Below, in pieces: positions 55,018 through 64,000 of a stretch of DNA of 64,000 nucleotides. The notes beneath the pieces were generated by a model. That model was not told the origin of the DNA. It worked only from the letters and a program-made list of their open reading frames with translations, and did no database searches. The first letter of the stretch is position 1. Every line of letters begins with the position of its first letter. Position numbers and translations under genes: made by a program. Location of the stretch: contig OZ024740.1 in assembly GCA_964016885.1 (NCBI GenBank), forward strand, positions 96,348,001-96,412,000. The letters are read 5' to 3'. Source of the stretch: Eledone cirrhosa. Its lineage: Eukaryota.

Positions 55018-58000
55018 ACAGCTGCATTTATCTTGCTTTATGTTCATACGAGTTATCACCAAGCCACAACCAGTGACCTCAAGAGACAACAAGGTCCGCC
55101 ATGTTCAAGAAAGAACATACATACTCACACATGCATATTTAGTGTTTAGACTTGTGATACTTATATTGACAGAATCTTCCTTAGTATATGGGCAGTTCCC
55201 ATTAGTACTATCTTTGGTATCTATCCTATACGCGGGTTTCCTGGGATTTGCGATAAGTAATCATTAGACCCCTTAGCTATCATTCCTAGAGCGCCTACAA
55301 TCACTGGTATTGTTTTAGTGTTCAATTTCCACATTTTTCCAATTTCTATCTCCAGGTCCTTATAATTGCTTAATTTTTCAAATGTTTTTATAGATACATT
55401 CTTGTCTATTGGAACGGACATATCAATTAGCAGTCCTTCAATATTATATCAGGTCTATTTGCATCTATTTTTCTGTCTGTTTGGATGCTAAAGTTCCACA
55501 AGATTGAGATGTGATCTTTTTCAAGTATGGGAGGTGGTTGATGCTCCCACCAATTCTTTTGATGGGGCAGGTCAAAATGCTTACACATTATCCAATGTAT
55601 GTATTGTGCAGCTCTGTCATGCATCTTTAGGTATTCGGTTGGAGCTATAGGACTGCACATTGAAATTATATGGCCAAAGGTCTCTGGTTGTTTTTTACAT
55701 ACACGGCATAATGGGCGGCTGCATCCATTTTTTATTATGTTGGCTTGGTAATTCTTTGTTGGCAGACACTGATCTTGTGCTGACATAATCAGTCCTTCAG
55801 TCTCCGATTTCAGTCCAGAGGATGCCAACCACTGATGGGTTAAAGTTTTGTCAACATCAGGATTGTTAGCTCGTTCTGGATATTTTCCATACAGAGGCTT
55901 TTCTTGCCATTTCTTAGCCAGTTTCTGTAGCAGTTCTTTCTTTGCAGTTATTTTTTCCTGCTTTGCTTTTTCTGTGTTTTTCATTTCGGTAGTAAATGGG
56001 ACTTCTGAAATGTGTAGTCCATTACTGTATCTGTGTGCATCTTTTGTAATGGAGTATGATCCTTTGATGCTTTCGTGTTTCAAAACGAGTTTGATCATCT
56101 AATCATGTGATTCCCTTAGATATGTAGATAATCCAATTGTTGAAGTTTTCAACGCAATGTCGAACTGGATTAACCCACGTCCTCCTTCTTTCCTAGGGAG
56201 ATATATTCTATTTGTATCTGCCTTAGGGTGATGCATTATGTGCATGGTTAAGAATTTTCGAATTTTTGAATCGAGCCTACGGATCTCTGTGCTTGACCAG
56301 TTGATGGCATTGTAACTGTAGGTTACTATTGGTATGGCAAGCGTGTTTATGGCATCGATCCTATTCCTTGCATTCAATTCCGTTCTTAAGATTGCTCTTA
56401 CTCTGCGCTAACATTCCTTCCTTATCCTTTCCCTCATTGTGTAGTGCTTGATTCCGTCTCCTTCACAAACACCTAGATATTTGTAAGTTTCCTCTTGATC
56501 AAGTTCTCTTATCACATTGCCCCGATCAAGATTAATGTCTGAACTCTTCAGCAGCTTTCCTCTGGTGAACGTTGCTTTGCCGCGTTGATCTAGTCCAAAC
56601 TCCATTTTATGGCATCACTGAACTGCTCCACAGTGGATAATAGCCCTTGCAATTATTCATCATTTTTTGCAAATAGGTTCAGGTCATCCATGTAGAACAA
56701 GTGACTAATGGTATTGTCATAGACTTTATATCCATGTTTTGTTTCTTTGAGCATTTTACTTAATGGTATAAGTGCGATGCAGAATAAAAGCGGTGATAAA
56801 GAGTCACACTGAAAGAATTCCACAATTAATATTAACTTCTCCAGCTTCCAGTGATTTTGTTTCACTATTTAAAAGGAGTGTCGTTTCCATGTCTTCATAC
56901 TGAATGACAAAAACCTCCTGACAACGGGAGATATTTTGAACATCTCTAAACATTTTTCAATCCAACTGTGTGGCAAACTATCGATTGCTTTTTTATAATC
57001 TATCCAAGCAATTGATAGATTTGTGTGTCTATTATGACAATCTTCCAGTATCATTTTGTTAATCAAAAGCTGGTCCTTACAGCCATATGAGCCTCGTTTA
57101 CACCCTTTCTGCTCAATGGGAGATAGGTCATTTGTTATCAGGTGGTCATATGTATATTCAGTTAGGACTGATGTCAACATTTTATACATTGTTGTCAAGC
57201 AAGTTATCGGTCTGTAATTTTTGGGATTGTTTGTCTCATCATTCTTCGGAAGCAGGAATGTAATGCCGTTAACTAGCCATGATGGTATCTTTTCTGGCTC
57301 CTTAATTATTTCATTGTAAAGTTGGGTTAACAGCTCATGAGACTCTGTGAAGGCATTTATCCACAGATTTTGTATTTTGTCTTTTCCTGGGGATTTCCAT
57401 TTGCTGGCTTTTCTTAGAGCCAAACGCAACTTTTCAACTGTTATATTTTCCCATATTTCTTCCTCGAGGTGAGCCGTATCTTTCATTTGTCTATCTATCC
57501 ATGGGGCATGTATATTATGAATTTTTTCTTCGGCCCAGATCTTTTCCCAGAATTCGTGCACCTCCTCCTTGGGTGGTATTGATTTAGCAGTCATTGTTGA
57601 CTTACCAATTTTTCTGTAGAAGTTTATTTGGTTGTTTTTGAACATATTATTGTCCTTATAAAATCTAGATCGTTTTTCAAAGCGCCTTAAACGAGCAGCT
57701 TTGGCCGACACATTTTGCTTGATTATTTCTATCAGCATGTCTATGTCACTTGTTGATGTTATACTGTACTTTCTTTTCAATTTTCTAACTCTAGTTTGTT
57801 TAACATGTTCACGTACTTTATAGTTTGTTAACATTTCTATGTCAAATCGGAGATGGTTTATTTGGGGATTGATGTTCTCTTGCCAAGTAGATTTTTTGTG
57901 GGAATTCCTTTGTTTTTTCATATTCACTCCACATAAGTGAGTGATGACTTTAGCCGATGCATAATAGAGATGATTTAAATCAGTAATGTTTAGTTTGATT

Positions 58001-58954
58001 GTGATGATAATGTTTTTGAGAATTATGTTAGTCTTGTGTATTATCTTTTGGTTCTGTTTGGAGTTCTGGATCTTTCCCCCATGTCAGATTCTCGTTTCCC
58101 CATGTCAGATTCCTTCATTTTCCTCCATTCGATCATAATTTCATCCTTCAAGTTGGCAAGTTCATTCTCATTCATTTCTTTATTATTTACGATCTCATTG
58201 TTTTCATTTGGAGTTTCATCTTGAGCATGCACTCCCTCCACTTTTTGGATCCTTTCTTTGATTTGTTCTGTTGTCAGTGATTCCGCCCCAACCCTGGGAT
58301 TCGAAGTGTTACAATTTACCTCCTTTTAACTGACACATGTTTCATATTCCCTTCGATGACTTTGTGCTAATAGCTTGATCTGATCAATTTCTATATCAGT
58401 TAGTAACTTTTTTTTTACAATATTTCTTCGTATATTGGCTAGTTTGTTACTGTCAATATAGCCTCTGTTTTGGGGATGTTTCTTTTTCCAGTTGATATAT
58501 GTCTGTTTTGTATTCGATGTATTTGTTGGGTAGTACATGGCAGTGTAGAAAGCCTCAAGGACTTCTTTATTATCTTCCCTTGACCATTTTTCTCTCTTTT
58601 TATTTGGATTTCTTGGTGGTGAGCATGGAGGGCCAACAGTAGGAGTATTCCGGTTATGGGAGGTCTCCAGCTCCGAAGTGATGGGAAGGTTTGAATCATT
58701 AGCTGATTTTTCTACCCCAGTCTGGTTCCTCTCTGAGGGACGCGGCCCTTTTTGACCCGGGTGACGGCCGATCCAGTATGAGATTTTATCATTAGACAAA
58801 TACTTTATTTTGTCGCGTTTCATCCTTATCCGCCAAGGGGTAATCATTTCGTGTTACCACTTCTAGAACGAGTGTCAACCAAGACTAGAGGGGTCTTCTT
58901 CCCCTAGAGACACGGCTATTCCTCGTCGGCCGTCATCCCGGTTTTTCTTGGTCA
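55018..58954 (-). mobile_element. Apparently full-length but disrupted R4/Dong-clade LINE, family B
   Basis: Fragmented ORFs 58847 to 55180: KWSRED, NYRPITCL, EQKGC, WIDYKKA, HLFYMDDL, YKYLG, CRVC..H..C, NRPDII and VIVGALG. (TAA)n-like tail at 54975-55017. Confidence 0.92.
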
Positions 58955-59977
58955 CGGGGTTTTCTTTTTTGTTGTTTTTTAAATTGTTTTATCATGAGTG
59001 GTTCCTTAATGTGAACATTGCGTGGCTTAAGAATGAAATTATTAATAATATAATATACTTTTTGCCGAAGGTGCCTATTATTGTTGTTGGCTATGTCGGA
59101 GGTGGTGCTGGGGCTTTTTCTATTGTTGGTGGGGAAGGGGGAGCCAGCAGTGCCATAGTCGTTGACGTGTGGCCGGTGGCCGGGTCACTAAGTCAATCTA
59201 TTTCTATATTTTGCTAGCCTCTCCCTTGTCTAGTGATAACGCCACCTTCCGCTTTCTTAAGTTAACAGAAGGTAATGGGGGAATAGTGGTGGTAGCAATG
59301 AAGGAGTGGTGGCGGCGGTGATGGGATAGTAGTGGCAATGATGGATGGAGTGGTGGCGGCGGTGACTATAGTGATGGCGTTGTCGTTACTGAGTGTTGTT
59401 GAATAGACAGACTGTAGTTTTGTTTGATCTGTGTATCTATGCGTTTGTCGCGTATGTTTAATATATGTGTTGACATATTTCTTAATATTGGAATTAAACA
59501 TTTTGTTAAAACTTCAGACAATAATAATAGTAATTATTATTATTATGCTGAGATTGGTGGTAGTGGTGGTGAAATTGCCGTTATCTGGCTGTTGTATTTA
59601 GTGTACACAGAGGGGTGATGGGGTAGGTGGTGTATCTAGTTTCTGGTGTTGATGAAATTACTGTTATTTGGCTTTTCTATATAGTGTAGACAGAGGGGTT
59701 TTCTTCCATTTATAACCATTTTCTTTTTTGAATATAAAATGTATAATATAAAATTGAATATTTGAGCGATATAACAATATATTATGGATCCGAATTTTTC
59801 TGAGACTTGAGTCGGATGTTTATGTATCATTTGTACTAAGAATTGTTATTTCACAATTGATTTAAATATGTTAAAAATCAAAAATGTTAAGGGAGCGATT
59901 TCATGACCTTCTATCCACCATGTGCGTCTTCTTCCCTTCTTATTATTCTTCCCTTCTTCTTCTTCTTCTTCTTCTTC

Positions 59978-60033
<56 letters not shown>

Positions 60034-60044
60034 GTTATTGTTAT
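59978..60044. repeat. (TTA)n tract, i.e. the (TAA)n tail/target of Dong family A
   Basis: Direct reading. Abuts the element's 3' UTR. Confidence 0.9.
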
Positions 60045-60119
60045 TCCTTGAATCTCAGTCATTGATGTTGGTTAACTGGAAAGTCCGTTGGATTGAATAT
60101 CAAGCCACTACCTGCAGCC

Positions 60120-62309
60120 TCAGATATTCAGGACGTATCGGAGGGTTCTTGCCGTTCCAAGCAAGCATGCCTTTTGAAGCGTTCCAAAAAGCGTGAAGGG
60201 GCCGATTTTCTTTAACCATCCCTGGAAACCTTTGGAGATAGTCCCCAGTGCGCCTATGACAATCGGGATCACTTTGACTTCATGGCAGTTCCAAATCCTT
60301 TTCACCTCCCACTTTAGGTCCTGGTATCGGTTAATTTTCTCCCTCTCCTTCTCTTGCACTCTCGTGTCGAACGGGCAGGCCACATCCACAATCAGGCACG
60401 ATCTTTTTTCTTTGTCCACAACCACCAGGTCAGGTCTATTGTGTTCCAGTTTTTTGTCCGTCTGTATCCTAAAATCCCACAGCACCTTCACCTGACTGTT
60501 CTCCATCACCGCCTCTGGCCTATGCTCATACCATTTCTCAGAATGTGGTAGATTGTTTACTTTGCACAGGTGCCAGTCGATCACCCTGCCCATCACATCG
60601 TGTCTCCAGCCCTTATAGTGGGTCTGGGCTAGGTGTTTACACTCGGACACAATGTGAGCCACAGTCTCCTCTCTCTCTCCACAGATCCTGCACAGTGGGC
60701 TAGCCTCCTCCTTGTAGATATGGTGCTTCAACCACTTCGTTTTGAGGGCCTGCTCCTGCGCAGCCATTAGCATTCCTTCTGTAGCCTTTTTGAGGTCTCC
60801 TCTTCTCAACCAGTTCCATGTCTGTGGATCTCTAAATTCAGTTTTCTCAAAGAAGGTACTATGAAGGGATTTTCCCTTAAGGCTGCTCTTCCTCCTTGAT
60901 GTTAGTTCCTCCTTGGATATCCCCTGGCCTACTGTCCCCTCCTTCAGTACAGCTCTGAGCATTGGCTCCTTACTATAGGTCACGTATTTGTATAGGTTGT
61001 TTTTCTCCATCTGAACACAGTCCTCTATGCTGATAAGACCTCTTCCACCCTCAGATCTCCTTAGGTAGAGTCTATCGACATCACTCCTCTTGTGGAACAT
61101 GTTGTAGATAGTCAATAGCTTCCTAGTCTTCCTATCCATTTCTTTTTGTTCAGCAACATTCCATCTCAGAATTCCCGCACTGTACCTAATAATAGACACA
61201 GCTCGGGAATTTACTGCGCTTATGGCATTTCTGCTGTTCAGATGTGACTTCAATACGCTCCTTACTCTCCGAATGTATTCAGTTCTTAACAATTCCTTCA
61301 TTTTTTTGTTCTTTATGCCATCAGCCTCCAGAACGCCCAAATACTTGTATCCTTCCTCAGAGTCAATTTCCTTTATCATCTCACCTGTTGGTATCTGGAT
61401 CCCGTTACTTCTGCTCAACCTACCCCTCCTCATCACAATGACTCCACATTTACCAATACCAAACTGCATACATATATCACTGCTGAAAATACGGAGAGTG
61501 TCAACAAGCACATCCAACTCCTTCTCACTTTTCCCGAAGAGCTTAAGATCGTCCATGAAGAGGAGGTGATTGATGGTAAGCTCTCTCCTTCCCAACTTGT
61601 ATCCTGCTCTCACTTTTCGCAGCATAATGGTCAAGGGCATCAGGGCAAGGACAAACAACAGAGGGGACAGGCTATCTCCCTGGAAGATACCTCTCTTGAT
61701 CTTCACGCTTCCCAAGTATACTCCAGTTGATGTCAACTCTGTCTCCCAGGACCCCATACTCCTGCCCAGCAACTGTCTGATGTTATCTGCCACCCTGAAG
61801 ATCTCCAGGCTTTTGGTGATCCAGGAATGAGGCACCATGTCAAATGCCTTTCTGTAGTCTATCCATCCCATGGCAAGATCAGTGTGTCTCCTCCTGCAAT
61901 TCACCATTACCATCTTATCAATAAGCAACTGGTCCTTTGTACCACGTGACTTATTTCGGCATCCTTTCTGTTCGTCCGGCAACAAGTTGTTTGTGTGGAG
62001 GTGATGGTAGATGTCCTCAGACACAATGCTCGTCAACAGTTTCCACATTACGGGCAGACATGTGATAGGTCTATAGTTGGTAACATCATTACCCTTGATT
62101 CGGTCTTTCATTATCAGAACTGTGGTACCTTTTGTCAACCACTCTGGCACCTCACCCGACACCAAGCAGTCATTGAACATGGCCGTCAGCTTCGGGTGGA
62201 GGGATGTTAAATGTTTAATCCAATACACCTGCACACCATCTGGGCCTGGTGATTTCCAGTTGGTTAGTTTTTTGGCTTGCCCCTTAAGAGTTTCAACTGT
62301 GATATTCAA
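60120..62309 (-). CDS. Reverse transcriptase-CCHC-restriction-like endonuclease (open C-terminal 729 codons of the element ORF)
   Basis: NYRPITCL, WIDYRKAFDMVPH, GIFQGDSLSPLLF, HLLFMDDLKL, YKYLG, CRICG..H..C, RHD, RPDLVV..VDVACP..EK..Y.DL. Confidence 0.9.
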   Translation of the reverse strand: MNITVETLKGQAKKLTNWKSPGPDGVQVYWIKHLTSLHPKLTAMFNDCLVSGEVPEWLTKGTTVLIMKDRIKGNDVTNYRPITCLPVMWKLLTSIVSEDIYHHLHTNNLLPDEQKGCRNKSRGTKDQLLIDKMVMVNCRRRHTDLAMGWIDYRKAFDMVPHSWITKSLEIFRVADNIRQLLGRSMGSWETELTSTGVYLGSVKIKRGIFQGDSLSPLLFVLALMPLTIMLRKVRAGYKLGRRELTINHLLFMDDLKLFGKSEKELDVLVDTLRIFSSDICMQFGIGKCGVIVMRRGRLSRSNGIQIPTGEMIKEIDSEEGYKYLGVLEADGIKNKKMKELLRTEYIRRVRSVLKSHLNSRNAISAVNSRAVSIIRYSAGILRWNVAEQKEMDRKTRKLLTIYNMFHKRSDVDRLYLRRSEGGRGLISIEDCVQMEKNNLYKYVTYSKEPMLRAVLKEGTVGQGISKEELTSRRKSSLKGKSLHSTFFEKTEFRDPQTWNWLRRGDLKKATEGMLMAAQEQALKTKWLKHHIYKEEASPLCRICGEREETVAHIVSECKHLAQTHYKGWRHDVMGRVIDWHLCKVNNLPHSEKWYEHRPEAVMENSQVKVLWDFRIQTDKKLEHNRPDLVVVDKEKRSCLIVDVACPFDTRVQEKEREKINRYQDLKWEVKRIWNCHEVKVIPIVIGALGTISKGFQGWLKKIGPFTLFGTLQKACLLGTARTLRYVLNI

Positions 62310-62440
62310 ATCAGTCTGTTGCTGTGCCTGCTCACCGATCTCCCTCTGTACTGTCTCAATCCACCCTGCCTGGGCATTGTGTCTAACATCCTGCTACCAT
62401 ATTCCTCTCCAGAATGTTTTAGCTTGTTCCGCCCCAGGGA

Positions 62441-63511
62441 TCAAGTCGTTGCCTCTTTCTTTCCCTGAAGCTGTCCAAACAGCATCTTCTGGTTGTTGTC
62501 GAACATGCGGTTCTGTTTATACTGACTGACTCTGTTCTCGTATCGCCTGATTTTGGCACTCTTTGCTACAATGCGTTGCTTCAATTCCTCTATGATAATA
62601 TTTAGCTTTTTACTCCTAGTTTTGTATTTTATTTCCAGTCTATTTTTAGTGCCTATGTTTTTTAGTGTCCCATTCAGTAGTGACTCAAGCTTTCCTATGT
62701 CATTTCTCATTTCCCCGATTTGCCCACTCAGTCGCTTCTTCCACCACGGCTCTGCTCTTTCTTGTCTGTTGTTTCCTCTCGCTTTTATACCAAGTAGTTT
62801 CCTCACCGTATTTGCTGTTGCTTTGAGGATATTGTTGCACTGGTGAAGACTCCTCGCCTCAAGGTATGGGATGACTTTGTTTACCTTAGCTGTTGTTTCT
62901 TTTAACTTTTTCCTGTCTACAAATCTTAGGTTCATAAGTCTCCCACTATCATTGTTCAACTCATCTACCACTAAATTTAGGATGTCAACCGAATCTTGTC
63001 CTAGCCCGTCAGCATTCATCTCCTCAGTGGCCGTATCTCTGTTCCAGGTATTATTTATCTCAGTATTCAGATCATTGTCTGCTTCGGGTGGTTCCTCCGT
63101 TCTCAGGACCTCCTCACCTTCATTTCCCGCCGGCTCGCTTGTCTGGCATACTACACCCGCCATCTCCAAGCCATTCTCTCTGCTCAGTTCCTCCAGTTCC
63201 AGCTCGCTTATCCACCCATTAGTTCTTATTACCCGAGCCTGCCCGGCCAATTTTTGTTCATCTAATTTAAATAAACCAATCTCGTTCCAGATGTTATGCA
63301 TTCGTCTCCTGTAGCCCCTCTCCTTGGGGTCACTTTTCAGGTAGCATTGCATAACAGTTCTATTCAATTCTTTCGTCCAGTTGGTTCTGGCCCCTTTCCT
63401 TCTTCTTCTTCCTCCAACATCAGCAGTATTTGGTTGACAGTCAGGTTCCTGCTGCTGAGCCAGGGGGCACCTGTTGGGTGAGAGTCTGTCACATGACGTT
63501 CTAGTCTCCAT
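62441..63511 (-). CDS. N-terminal part of the same retroelement ORF (separated by a frameshift and a stop)
   Basis: WTKELN..MQCY, PWWKKRL and EELKQRI..RRYE..QNRMF. Continues in frame in the 35148 copy. Confidence 0.8.
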   Translation of the reverse strand: METRTSCDRLSPNRCPLAQQQEPDCQPNTADVGGRRRRKGARTNWTKELNRTVMQCYLKSDPKERGYRRRMHNIWNEIGLFKLDEQKLAGQARVIRTNGWISELELEELSRENGLEMAGVVCQTSEPAGNEGEEVLRTEEPPEADNDLNTEINNTWNRDTATEEMNADGLGQDSVDILNLVVDELNNDSGRLMNLRFVDRKKLKETTAKVNKVIPYLEARSLHQCNNILKATANTVRKLLGIKARGNNRQERAEPWWKKRLSGQIGEMRNDIGKLESLLNGTLKNIGTKNRLEIKYKTRSKKLNIIIEELKQRIVAKSAKIRRYENRVSQYKQNRMFDNNQKMLFGQLQGKKEATT

Positions 63512-64000
63512 TTCACCGTTATTCGAACTGTTTATGTTCGATATTTAAACACTCTTATCGAGGATTGGCGAATGTATGTTTACATAGCCATCTGTGGATC
63601 CGCCGTCCCACTTGGCCCTTGTGTGGCATTATCACCACGCTGTATACGGACACACATAAACAAACAAACACACGGGCAGAAAGGGCCCCAAAAATGAATA
63701 AGCATAAGTTTCATTGTAATGTAGTATTCGAATGTCTGACTTAGTTTTTGTTTTTTAAGTTTTACTTTTTCCCCCCTCTTCTCTGTCCGTCCGCCTGCTT
63801 CTCTCTTCATTCTTATTTTCTTTACGTTTTTGGGGTTTCTTTTTTGGTTTTTGTTTTTCTCTGTTTGTTTTTCTCGTTTTTTGCTGTTGTTGCTGTGCTG
63901 CTTTTGTTGTTTGTTTTTTCTTTTTTCTTTTGAGTCTATCTATATATTTTGATGCCTTCCTCTTTGTTAGTAGTAGGAATTCTATAATGTGGAAGTGGCA

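Larger units (their letters stand above)
60045..63690 (-). mobile_element. Near-intact R4/Dong-clade non-LTR retrotransposon, family A
   Basis: Single-ORF architecture: N-terminal region, RT, CCHC and PD..D..K endonuclease. 3' UTR followed by (TAA)n. Confidence 0.95.

Noticed and set aside
60193-63481. Plus-strand ORFs overlapping the Dong element
   Set aside because: Antisense shadows of the retroelement ORF, with no independent motifs.

Overview
AT-rich, microsatellite-dense eukaryotic DNA, probably octopus or another cephalopod (inferred from the tRNA-derived SINE family and the repeat landscape). No intact host gene is visible. Non-LTR retroelements include a decayed CRE-like LINE (~1-3.5 kb), an RTE fragment, a Tx1/L1 element and several copies of two R4/Dong-type (RT + restriction-like endonuclease) families tied to (TAA)n tracts. 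One Dong copy (60.0-63.7 kb) is two lesions from intact. There are many SINEs, some with 15-20 bp TSDs. The most striking unannotated layer is a population of Penelope-like element (PLE) ends. About a dozen type-I hammerhead ribozyme folds can be read directly, usually followed by a short tail running into a (TA)n or (TTA)n tract. Several are built as fold-back hairpins, including a perfect 372-bp palindrome with an intact hammerhead on each strand and a family with a conserved non-canonical CAGAAGA core. Decayed PLE thumb/GIY-YIG coding remnants accompany them. More tentative: HDV-like folds at the 5' ends of both long Dong elements and two decayed Cys-loop-receptor-like reading frames. All motifs were read by eye and no database searches were run.
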